Shown here piece after piece: positions 1 through 6,781 of a stretch of DNA of 11,619 nucleotides. The position numbers were made by a program, and so were the translations under genes. Positions within the stretch are counted from its first letter, which is position 1. The number at the start of each line of letters is the position of its first letter. Below the pieces are notes generated by a model. The model was given only the letters and a program-made list of their open reading frames with translations, made no database searches and was not told where the DNA came from. The stretch comes from Candidatus Iainarchaeum sp. (GTDB lineage: Archaea; Iainarchaeota; Iainarchaeia; Iainarchaeales; CSSED10-239), in NCBI GenBank assembly GCA_028693335.1, contig JAQUVR010000009.1, forward strand, positions 1-11,619, written 5' to 3'.

Positions 1-6
1 AAAAGT

Positions 7-32
7 AAAAAGAGATCTTCTTATCTCTTTTT
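7..32. terminator. Perfect 10-bp inverted repeat AAAAAGAGAT (7-16) / ATCTCTTTTT (23-32) with a 6-nt loop CTTCTT. It is flanked by an A-run and a T-run, so it looks like a terminator on either strand.
   Basis: Read directly: the reverse complement of 7-16 equals 23-32, and the T5 run at 28-32 is part of the 3' arm. A + frame stop (TAA 6-8) immediately precedes it, consistent with the end of an upstream gene, but the window edge prevents confirmation. Confidence 0.4.
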
Positions 33-161
33 AAACCTTTCGCCACCATAATTATTCTTACATGTATTAGTTATATAATATATGATTTACAAGTAAATTA
101 CCGTTACTGTAGACTGTATGTTGACAATTACCAATATCTATTATAAAAAATGTTAACATAT

Positions 162-216
162 AAATGCAGAAAGGGAAAATTAATTATTAAAAAAAATAAT
201 TTTTTCTGCATTTTTT
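162..216 (+). terminator. Hairpin plus oligo-T. Arms are AAATGCAGAAA (162-172) and TTTCTGCATTT (203-213), with three possible G-U extensions, an A/T-rich loop of about 24 nt, and a T6 run at 211-216. Candidate terminator, attenuator or sRNA 3' end.
   Basis: Read directly: 11-bp perfect inverted repeat. The T-run lies on the + strand side only. No ORF terminates here. Confidence 0.4.
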
Positions 217-230
217 AAAAACAAAAAAAC

Positions 231-258
231 TTAATATATATTTATATTTATAAGAAAC
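231..258 (+). promoter_or_regulatory. Candidate archaeal TATA-box region for the uL3 operon (TTAATATATATTTATATTTATAAG)
   Basis: TTTATA-type motifs lie 35-55 nt upstream of ATG 290. A TATA centred near 250 would place a TSS around 275-280, just upstream of the in-register GATC (282-285) partial SD. The background is so AT-rich that this is weak evidence. Confidence 0.3.
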
Positions 259-289
259 AAAAAAATAATAAAAATAAAAAAGATCGAAT

Positions 290-1282
290 ATGGGTTCAAC
301 AAATAAACCAAGAGCAGGATCAATGAGCTTTTATCCTAGAGTAAGAGCAAAATCTATTATTCCAAAATTTAATTCTTTTACAGATCCAAAAAAGATTGGA
401 ATTACTGGTGCAAAACCATTATGTTTTTATGTCTTTAAAGCAGGCACAACACACATCATGGCAAAAAATGCACAAAAAGGTACTTCTTCTTATGGTCAAG
501 AGAATGCAATTTCTGTTAGTGTTCTTGAGGCTCCTGATTTAAAAGTTATTGGTGCGAGATTCTATAAAGAAAATCATCCTACAAAAGGAAAAAAAGCTAT
601 TTTTGAATTTAGTAATCAAGATACTTTAGTTAAAAAAAGAATAAAAGGTAAAAAACAAAAAAAATTAACAAGTTTAGAAGATGCTCTAAAAAGAAAAGAC
701 GAAGCTGATTCTTTAGTATTAATTGCAACAATTAATCCAGATAAAACAACAGTTGGTCAAAAAAAACCAGTTGTTATTGAAGTTCCATTGTCTGGAAATT
801 ATGAGGAACAAATAAACTATTTAAAAGAAAAATTAAATAAAACAATTTCTGTTTCAGAAGTATTTACTACTGAAACTGTTTTAGATGTTAAGGGCGTTAC
901 AATTGGTCACGGAACACAAGGACCAGTAAAGAGATTTGGAATAAAAATTCAAAGACCAAAGGCTCAAAAAATCCAAAGACATGTTGGTTCAATTAACCCA
1001 TGGCATCCTTCAACAATTATGTACACCATTCCAAGAGCTGGTCAATATGGTTTCCATAATAGAACAACATTTAATAAAAAGTTATTAGTAATGGATGATG
1101 ACGTCTCAAAAATAAATCCAAAAAGTGGATTTATTAATTACGGATTATTAAAAAACAAATATTTACTTGTTGCAGGATCTGTACCAGGACCAACAAAAAG
1201 AATTCTTGCAATAAGACATACAATTAGAGAAAAGGTAAAAAGAAAATTAGAAATAACAGATATTAATTATATTTCTAAATAA
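290..1282 (+). CDS. rpl3: 50S ribosomal protein uL3 (L3)
   Basis: 330 aa. N-terminal KPRAGSMSFYPRVRA, then HGTQGPVKRFG and NPWHP segments typical of archaeal/eukaryotic uL3. First position of the conserved L3-L4-L23-L2 order. Confidence 0.95.
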   Translation: MGSTNKPRAGSMSFYPRVRAKSIIPKFNSFTDPKKIGITGAKPLCFYVFKAGTTHIMAKNAQKGTSSYGQENAISVSVLEAPDLKVIGARFYKENHPTKGKKAIFEFSNQDTLVKKRIKGKKQKKLTSLEDALKRKDEADSLVLIATINPDKTTVGQKKPVVIEVPLSGNYEEQINYLKEKLNKTISVSEVFTTETVLDVKGVTIGHGTQGPVKRFGIKIQRPKAQKIQRHVGSINPWHPSTIMYTIPRAGQYGFHNRTTFNKKLLVMDDDVSKINPKSGFINYGLLKNKYLLVAGSVPGPTKRILAIRHTIREKVKRKLEITDINYISK

Positions 1283-1312
1283 TATTATTTTAAAAATAAA
1301 AACTGATCTACA

Positions 1313-2122
1313 ATGAAAGCAAATGTTTATGATTTAGATGGAAAAGTAGTAAAAGAAATAGAACTACCTTCAGAAATATTTAATGAAGAATATAGACCAG
1401 ACTTGATTAAGAAAGCAGTAATTTCTCAGCAATCAAATTCTTATCAAAAAAAAGGTATCTCACCATATTCTAATAGAAATAATACTGCTGAATATATTGG
1501 TATTAGAAAAGCTAATCACGCAAATATTTCTATAAATACTGGGCACGCAAGATTACCAAGATTAAGAAATAGAAGAGTTTTGATGGCTGGTAGAGTTATG
1601 GGTGTTTCACAAGCAGTTGGTGGACCAAGAGCACACCCTCCAAAAGTAACAAAGATATTAGTTAAAAAAATAAATACTAAAGAAAGAACAAAGGCGATAC
1701 TTTCAGCAATCTCTGCAACAACAGATCCAAAATTGGTTTCAACAAGAGGTCATATTTTAGATACTAAAATAACATTGCCAGTAATTTTTGATAACAAAAT
1801 AGAAGCATTAAACAAAACTAAAGACGTTTTAACAACTTTAGAAAGAATGGGTTTAGATAAAGATATTTTAAAAGCAAAAGATAAAAAATCTGTAAGAGCC
1901 GGTAAAGGTAAATACAGAGGAAGAAGATATAAAAAAAGAAAAAGTCTTTTAATAGTTTTAGCAGACAGTAAAAATAATAAAGCATTTACTAACCTAGAAG
2001 GAGTAAATGTAATCTCTGCAAGAAAACTTTCAATAAAAGATTTAGCACCAGGAACACACGCAGGAAGATTAACAGTATTTAGCGAAGGTGCAATATCCGA
2101 ACTTAAAAAAAGATTTGAATAA
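1313..2122 (+). CDS. rpl4: 50S ribosomal protein uL4 (L4/L1e)
   Basis: 269 aa. MKANVYDLDG start, GGPRAHPPK and RAGKGKYRGRRYK motifs of archaeal uL4. Synteny after uL3. Confidence 0.95.
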   Translation: MKANVYDLDGKVVKEIELPSEIFNEEYRPDLIKKAVISQQSNSYQKKGISPYSNRNNTAEYIGIRKANHANISINTGHARLPRLRNRRVLMAGRVMGVSQAVGGPRAHPPKVTKILVKKINTKERTKAILSAISATTDPKLVSTRGHILDTKITLPVIFDNKIEALNKTKDVLTTLERMGLDKDILKAKDKKSVRAGKGKYRGRRYKKRKSLLIVLADSKNNKAFTNLEGVNVISARKLSIKDLAPGTHAGRLTVFSEGAISELKKRFE

Positions 2123-2134
2123 ATGTGAATGATT

Positions 2135-2407
2135 ATGGCAAACACTTTAGAATATTATCAAATAATTGAATATCCTGTTATTACTGAAAAAACAGTTAAC
2201 TTAATTTCAGCAGATAATAAAATAACATTTGTTGTAAATAAATCTGCAACAAAAAAAGAAGTTAAGGCAGCTGTTGAAAAACTATATAATGTTAAAGTAG
2301 AATCAGTTAATTTGTTATTTGATAGAAAAAATAGAAAAAAAGCATTTGTGAAATTAAAAAAAGAGTTTAATGCTCAAGATTTAGCAAACAAACTAGGAAT
2401 ATTATAA
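2135..2407 (+). CDS. rpl23: 50S ribosomal protein uL23 (L23)
   Basis: PVITEKT..., KKAFVKLK... and the LGIL C-terminus are typical of uL23. I prefer ATG 2135 because GTGA at 2125-2128 lies 6 nt upstream, the same spacing as other genes here. The ORF-track alternative is ATG 2129. Confidence 0.92.
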   Translation: MANTLEYYQIIEYPVITEKTVNLISADNKITFVVNKSATKKEVKAAVEKLYNVKVESVNLLFDRKNRKKAFVKLKKEFNAQDLANKLGIL

Positions 2408-2420
2408 AATGTGATATTTT

Positions 2421-3125
2421 ATGGGTAGACGTTTAAAGATACAAAGACGTGGAAAAGGTGGTCCAGTTTATACTGCTACCAATAACGCAAAATTTGATAT
2501 TAATTATAGAGTAACAAAAGACCTAGAGACAGGCCAAGTAATAGATTTAATAACAGATCCAATAAGATCTGCACCAGTTGCAGAAGTTTTAATGACTGAT
2601 GGTAAAAAAGAATATGTTATTTGTGCAGAAGGTCTAGTAACAGGAAAAAAATTAGAATTTGGTCCAGGTGCAAAACATGAAATTGGTAATGTCTTACCAC
2701 TTGGAGAAATTAATCCAGGAACTAATATTTATAATATTGAAAAAAACTTTGGTGATGGTGGAAAATTTGTAAGAGCAAGTGGCCAATCTGCAGTATTGGT
2801 TAACAAAAAAGAAAATGTTATTATTAAATTACCATCCGGAAAATTAAAAACATTTCCATTAAATGCAAGAGCAACTATTGGGGTTATTGCTGCTGGTGGA
2901 AGACACACAAAACCATTTGTAACTGCTGGTTCAAAGTTTAAAGCAATGAAAGCAAAAGGAAAGAAATACCCAAGAGTTAGAGGTGTTGCTATGAATCCTG
3001 TTGATCACCCATTCGGTGGATCACAACATCACGTTGGACACTCTAAATCTACATCAAGACATGCTCCTGCTGGTAGAATGGTTGGTGCAATTGCTTCAAA
3101 GAGGACAGGTAGAAAGAAGAAGTAA
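2421..3125 (+). CDS. rpl2: 50S ribosomal protein uL2 (L2)
   Basis: 234 aa. GRRLKIQRRGKG N-terminus and the RGVAMNPVDHPFGGSQHHVG signature region of uL2. Confidence 0.96.
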   Translation: MGRRLKIQRRGKGGPVYTATNNAKFDINYRVTKDLETGQVIDLITDPIRSAPVAEVLMTDGKKEYVICAEGLVTGKKLEFGPGAKHEIGNVLPLGEINPGTNIYNIEKNFGDGGKFVRASGQSAVLVNKKENVIIKLPSGKLKTFPLNARATIGVIAAGGRHTKPFVTAGSKFKAMKAKGKKYPRVRGVAMNPVDHPFGGSQHHVGHSKSTSRHAPAGRMVGAIASKRTGRKKK

Positions 3126-3136
3126 TTTTCTTCTTT
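3113..3136 (+). other. Weak A/T-rich hairpin, AAAGAAGAAG (3113-3122) / TTTCTTCTTT (3127-3136). The uL2 stop codon TAA (3123-3125) sits in the 4-nt loop, and T-rich sequence follows.
   Basis: Read directly: 9 Watson-Crick pairs plus 1 G-U pair, only two of them G-C. Function unknown. Confidence 0.3.
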
Positions 3137-3166
3137 AAATATTTTTATTAAAAAAAGGTGTAAAAA

Positions 3167-3547
3167 ATGATTGACTTTAAATTTAGAGGACACACTCTAG
3201 AAGAATTACAAAAAATGTCATTAGAAGATTTTGCAAAAATTGCAGGATCTAGAGCAAAAAGAAATTTATTAAGAAATCAATCTGATCCATTCTATCAAAG
3301 AATAGAAAAAGATATTAAGGCTAATAAAAAAATTAGAACACATAAAAGAGACATGATTGTAATACCAAAAATGATTGGAAAAACAATATATGTTTATTCT
3401 GGAAAAGAATTTCTTCCAGTTGAAGTTACAGAAGACATGCTAGGACATTACTTAGGAGAATTTGTAATGACTAGAAAAAGAATAAGACACGGAAAAGCAG
3501 GAATCGGTGCAACAAAATCAAGTACTGCTGTTAGTGCAAGAAAGTAG
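3167..3547 (+). CDS. rps19: 30S ribosomal protein uS19 (S19)
   Basis: 126 aa. FKFRGHTLEELQ and GKEFLPVEVTEDMLGHYLGEFVMTRK resemble archaeal uS19/eukaryotic S15. GGTG lies upstream of the ATG. Synteny. Confidence 0.94.
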   Translation: MIDFKFRGHTLEELQKMSLEDFAKIAGSRAKRNLLRNQSDPFYQRIEKDIKANKKIRTHKRDMIVIPKMIGKTIYVYSGKEFLPVEVTEDMLGHYLGEFVMTRKRIRHGKAGIGATKSSTAVSARK

Positions 3548-3556
3548 GGATAGTTT

Positions 3557-4024
3557 ATGGCTCATACGTACAATTATCAAAAAAAATTGGATTTTAAAAA
3601 ATCAGCAAGATGTGCAAAACATAATTTGCCAATATCTGTAAAATATGCTACAGAAATTGGTAATTATCTAAAAAATAAACCATTAGATAAAGGTATTAAG
3701 TTATTGCAAGCAATAGAAGAAAAAAAAGATTTTCTTCCATTAGTAAAATACTCTAAAAAAATACCACACAGAAAAGGTGAAGCAAAAAGAGGAGTAAAAG
3801 CAGGAAGATATCCAATAAAAACTTCAAAATATATGAGATTACTTTTAGAAGAAGTTAAAGCAAATGCTGATAATAAAAATTTAGATGCAGAAAAATTAAG
3901 AATTAAATCAATATTTGTAACTAAAGGAGTAACTAGAACAAAATTACAACCACTTGGAAGAATTAGTGGAAAAACAAGAGAATCAAAATCAACAAATGTA
4001 GAAATTGTAGTTCTTGAAGAGTGA
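3557..4024 (+). CDS. rpl22: 50S ribosomal protein uL22 (L22)
   Basis: 155 aa. The pattern ARCAKHNLPISVKYATEIGNYL...IPHRKGE...GRYP fits archaeal uL22/L17e. Synteny between uS19 and uS3. Confidence 0.92.
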   Translation: MAHTYNYQKKLDFKKSARCAKHNLPISVKYATEIGNYLKNKPLDKGIKLLQAIEEKKDFLPLVKYSKKIPHRKGEAKRGVKAGRYPIKTSKYMRLLLEEVKANADNKNLDAEKLRIKSIFVTKGVTRTKLQPLGRISGKTRESKSTNVEIVVLEE

Positions 4025-4049
4025 TATTTAAAAAAAGGTGTTATCAGTT

Positions 4050-4826
4050 ATGAAAGAAAATATTTTTGTTAAAGAAAAAATAAAAAGATTATCAATAAAA
4101 AAATACTTGTCAGAAAAAATAAGTAGTGCAGGTTTTATTGATGTTGAAGTTGCAAAATCACCAGTATCTACAAGAGTTATAATCTATGCATTAAAACCAG
4201 GTTTTGTTATTGGAAAAAGTGGTGCAAATATTAGATCATTAACAGAAGATATTGAAAAAGATTTTGGATTAAATAAAGTTCATATAGAAATTGGAGAAAT
4301 CCCAAATAAAGATTTAGATCCAAAAGTAATAATAGAAAATATTGCAAACGACATTGGTCGCGGAATTGCATGGAAAAACACAGTTTACAAAGCAATGAAG
4401 CAAATGAAAAATGCTGGTGCTGTTGGTGCAGAAATTGTTGTTAAGGGTAATACTGCTGGTAAAGGTCAAAGAAAAAGATCTAGCAGATATCATTTTGGAT
4501 ATTTAAAGAAAGCAGGATATCAAAAAAGTTTAGTTGCTTTTGAAAAAAGAACAACCTATCCTGGATTAGGAACTATTGGTGTAAGATTAAGAATTGTACA
4601 CCCAGGAACAGTTTTTAGTGATAAAATAGACATAAAAGAATTAGCACATAATTTTAAATTAAAAAGAGAAGAAAAGAGATTAGAAGAAAGATCTCAAGAA
4701 ATAGAAACAGCTCAAAAAGAACAAAACGAAGTTGCTGAAAAAAAAGAAAAAGTAAAAAAAGAAACAAAAAAAAGAGTTGTTAAAAAAGAAAAAGATTTAT
4801 CAACAGATGTTGAAATCAATAATTAG
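4050..4826 (+). CDS. rps3: 30S ribosomal protein uS3 (S3) with a Lys/Glu-rich C-terminal tail
   Basis: KH-domain segment GFVIGKSGANIRSLTE. Synteny. ATG 4050 is preferred because GGTG at 4037-4040 acts as its SD; the ORF-track GTG 4038 lies inside that SD. Confidence 0.93.
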   Translation: MKENIFVKEKIKRLSIKKYLSEKISSAGFIDVEVAKSPVSTRVIIYALKPGFVIGKSGANIRSLTEDIEKDFGLNKVHIEIGEIPNKDLDPKVIIENIANDIGRGIAWKNTVYKAMKQMKNAGAVGAEIVVKGNTAGKGQRKRSSRYHFGYLKKAGYQKSLVAFEKRTTYPGLGTIGVRLRIVHPGTVFSDKIDIKELAHNFKLKREEKRLEERSQEIETAQKEQNEVAEKKEKVKKETKKRVVKKEKDLSTDVEINN

Positions 4827-4842
4827 AAAATGTGATTTATAG

Positions 4843-5085
4843 ATGAGTAAAAAGAAAAGTGTTGTTGTAGCAACAATTGAAGAAGCAAATACAAAAGTCA
4901 CTGAATTAAAATTAGCTTTAGCAAAAGAAAAAGGATTGTTAGTTTCAAAAACAAAGTCAGTTAGTCCTGCAAAAAAAAGAAGTTTAAGAAAAGATATTGC
5001 AAGAGTTTTAACAAAAAAGAATCAATTAATTAAAAAGCAAGAAGAAAAAGCAGTACTTGATGCAATAAAAAAAAAGAAAAAATAA
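4843..5085 (+). CDS. rpl29: 50S ribosomal protein uL29 (L29)
   Basis: 80 aa, helical and K-rich (ELKLALAKEKG...RKDIARVLT). Position after uS3. TGTGAT SD at 4831-4836. Confidence 0.88.
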   Translation: MSKKKSVVVATIEEANTKVTELKLALAKEKGLLVSKTKSVSPAKKRSLRKDIARVLTKKNQLIKKQEEKAVLDAIKKKKK

Positions 5086-5108
5086 TATGGAGAGCGTGAT
5101 CAATAGCT

Positions 5109-5411
5109 ATGGTAGAAATTTGTCCAATTTGCCACTTACCAAAAAATATTTGTACTTGCGATCTTAGATCAAAAGAAACTCAACAAATAAAAATCAGAAC
5201 AGAAAGAAAAAAATTCAAAAAATATGCAACATTAGTTACTGGATTTAAAGAAGATGCAGAAGGAAAAGATGTTTTAAAATATTTGAAAAAAAAACTTGCT
5301 TGTGGCGGAACAATGAAAAATGATGTTATTGAGATTCAAGGAGAACACGTAGCTTTAGTTAAAAAATTTTTAAAAGAAAAAGGGTATAATGAGGAATTGA
5401 TTGATGCTTAA
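5109..5411 (+). CDS. Translation initiation factor aSUI1 (eIF1 homologue)
   Basis: 100 aa. N-terminal CPICxLPxxxCTC knuckle, then LACGGT and IEIQGEH segments as in archaeal SUI1 proteins. Canonical position between uL29 and Rpp29. Confidence 0.9.
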   Translation: MVEICPICHLPKNICTCDLRSKETQQIKIRTERKKFKKYATLVTGFKEDAEGKDVLKYLKKKLACGGTMKNDVIEIQGEHVALVKKFLKEKGYNEELIDA

Positions 5412-5592
5412 TGTAAAAGATTGTGATAATCTTGGTAAAAAAGTTAAAATAATCAACAGTTCAGATAATAAAAAAATTAATATGGAAGGATTAGTAATTT
5501 ACGAAACAAGTGAATTATTGACTTTAAGAATTGACAATGATATTAAAAAAATAAAAAAAAAAGAAATATTGGATTATAAAATTATAGAGTGA
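5404..5592 (+). CDS. rnp1: Putative RNase P protein component 1 (Rpp29/Pop4 family), unusually short at about 62 aa
   Basis: Canonical archaeal slot between aSUI1 and uS17. The pattern LGKKVKIINSSDNKKINMEGLVIYETSELLTLRI matches the G-x-V-x-V...G-x-x-G-x-V-x-x-E-T-x-x-x-L core of the Rpp29 Sm-like fold as I recall it. ATG 5404 overlaps the aSUI1 stop. TTG 5401 is the ORF-track alternative. Confidence 0.55.
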   Translation: MLNVKDCDNLGKKVKIINSSDNKKINMEGLVIYETSELLTLRIDNDIKKIKKKEILDYKIIE

Positions 5593-5603
5593 GTGAAAAA
5601 CTT

Positions 5604-5981
5604 ATGGATGCAAAAACATGTACTGACATAAATTGTCCAATTCACGGACATATAAAAGTAAGAGGAAAATTGCTTGAAGGAATAGTTATTAAAAAAAAAG
5701 CACAAAAAACAGCAACTATTCAAATAGAAAGAATTACTTATAATAGAAAATATGAAAGATACTTAAAAAAAAGAACCAACTATTCAGTACACTGTCCAGA
5801 ATGTATGGGTGTAATAATTGGAGATGTTGTTTTAATTGGAGAAACTAGAAAAATAAGTAAAACAAAATCATTTGTAATATTAAAAAAAGTTGGAACAAAG
5901 AAAAACATTTCAGAAATTTTAGAAAAAGAAGATCTGGAAATGCCAACAATTCACAAAAAAAATACTGGTGAAGAAGAATGA
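5604..5981 (+). CDS. rps17: 30S ribosomal protein uS17 (S17)
   Basis: CTDINCPIHGHIKVRGKLLEGIV is the archaeal uS17 N-terminal signature. ATG 5604 has GTGA (5593-5596) 7 nt upstream. The alternative GTG 5589 overlaps the Rpp29 stop. Confidence 0.92.
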   Translation: MDAKTCTDINCPIHGHIKVRGKLLEGIVIKKKAQKTATIQIERITYNRKYERYLKKRTNYSVHCPECMGVIIGDVVLIGETRKISKTKSFVILKKVGTKKNISEILEKEDLEMPTIHKKNTGEEE

Positions 5982-6376
5982 AACAGATTAGTGCAAAAGT
6001 AACAAGAGGATTGCCACAAGGCGCACGTTGTGTATGTACAGACAATAGTGGAGCAAAAGAAATTCAAATAGTGTCAGTTATTAAATTTAAAACACACAGA
6101 AAACAATTACAAGCTGCAGGAATTGCATCATTGTTAAATGTTGTTGTAAAAAAAGGAAAACCAACAATGAGAAAAAAACTTGAAAGAGCTGTAGTTGTTA
6201 GAGTAAGAAAAGAATACAGAAGAAAAAATGGATTAAGAATATCTTTTGAAGACAACGCAGTTGTTTTAACGGATCCAAAAGGATTTCCAAAATCTTCTGA
6301 AATAAAAGGCTGCGTAGCAAAAGAAGTCGGTGAAAGATATCCAAAGATCGCTGGTCTTGCTAGTTCAGTTATTTAA
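5978..6376 (+). CDS. rpl14: 50S ribosomal protein uL14 (L14)
   Basis: 132 aa. GLPQGARCVCTDNSGAKE and FEDNAVVL segments typical of uL14. ATGA start/stop overlap with uS17. Confidence 0.96.
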   Translation: MKQISAKVTRGLPQGARCVCTDNSGAKEIQIVSVIKFKTHRKQLQAAGIASLLNVVVKKGKPTMRKKLERAVVVRVRKEYRRKNGLRISFEDNAVVLTDPKGFPKSSEIKGCVAKEVGERYPKIAGLASSVI

Positions 6377-6389
6377 GGGTGAACAATAA

Positions 6390-6758
6390 ATGAATAATAA
6401 AACTGTTAAACCATCAAAAAATAGAAAAAGAATTTATTCTGCAAAATTACATGAAAGTAGAAAACAATTGGTATCTCCAATTGATAAGGCTGTTGCAAAA
6501 ACAGTTGGAAAAACAAAAATTACTGTGAGAAAAGGCGATACAGTAAAAATAATGAGAGGCCAAAATAGATCAAAAACTGGGACTGTTATTAAAGTAGATT
6601 ATGACAAAGTAAAAGTTTACTTAAAAGAATTTAAAGTAACCAATTCCAGAGGCCAAGAAAAGCCAATTCCATTTATTGCATCAAATTTAATGATAACAAA
6701 TGTTTTATTAGATGATAAAAAAAGAATTGCTAAAAAAAAAGAAATCAAGAAAAAGTAG
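6390..6758 (+). CDS. rpl24: 50S ribosomal protein uL24 (L24)
   Basis: 122 aa. KOW-like VRKGDTVKIMRGQNRSKTGTVIKV. Synteny after uL14. GGGTGA SD. Confidence 0.93.
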   Translation: MNNKTVKPSKNRKRIYSAKLHESRKQLVSPIDKAVAKTVGKTKITVRKGDTVKIMRGQNRSKTGTVIKVDYDKVKVYLKEFKVTNSRGQEKPIPFIASNLMITNVLLDDKKRIAKKKEIKKK

Positions 6759-6781
6759 TTATTAAGGGTGAAAAAAATAAC

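Noticed and set aside
1-51. Possible gene fragment at the left edge: + frames open to stops at 6-8, 32-34 or 49-51, or a minus-strand start at ATG 49-47
   Set aside because: At most 16 codons are visible and four mutually exclusive readings exist. This is not enough to call a CDS; it is recorded under the hairpin finding instead.
150-218. 22-codon + strand mini-ORF (MLTYKCRKGKLIIKKNNFFCIF) spanning the large hairpin
   Set aside because: It is too short, has no in-register GTGA SD, and coincides with the inverted repeat, which explains the sequence better as RNA structure. It cannot be excluded as a leader peptide, but nothing supports it.
33-289. tRNA, C/D-box sRNA or other known RNA gene in the long upstream non-coding region
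   Set aside because: There are no GC-rich cloverleaf arms. I found no C box (RUGAUGA) or D box (CUGA) motif on the + strand. The region is too short and AT-rich for SRP or RNase P RNA.
1750-2145. 131-aa antisense ORF inside uL4 (minus strand)
   Set aside because: It lies wholly antisense to a strongly conserved r-protein gene. The product is Phe/Leu/Ser-rich low complexity, as expected from reading AAA/GAA/AGA-rich codons backwards. It has no SD-like GTGA motif and no promoter context.
5553-5562. A10 homopolymer inside the short Rpp29 ORF as a possible frameshift or assembly error that hides a longer protein
   Set aside because: Both alternative frames after the run reach stop codons within a few codons, and uS17 begins immediately downstream. 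A frameshift therefore cannot restore a full-length Rpp29.
5845-6255. Antisense ORFs 5845..6045 and 6064..6255 (minus strand) across uS17/uL14
   Set aside because: Same compositional artefact: F/L-rich translations opposite conserved genes, with no independent support.
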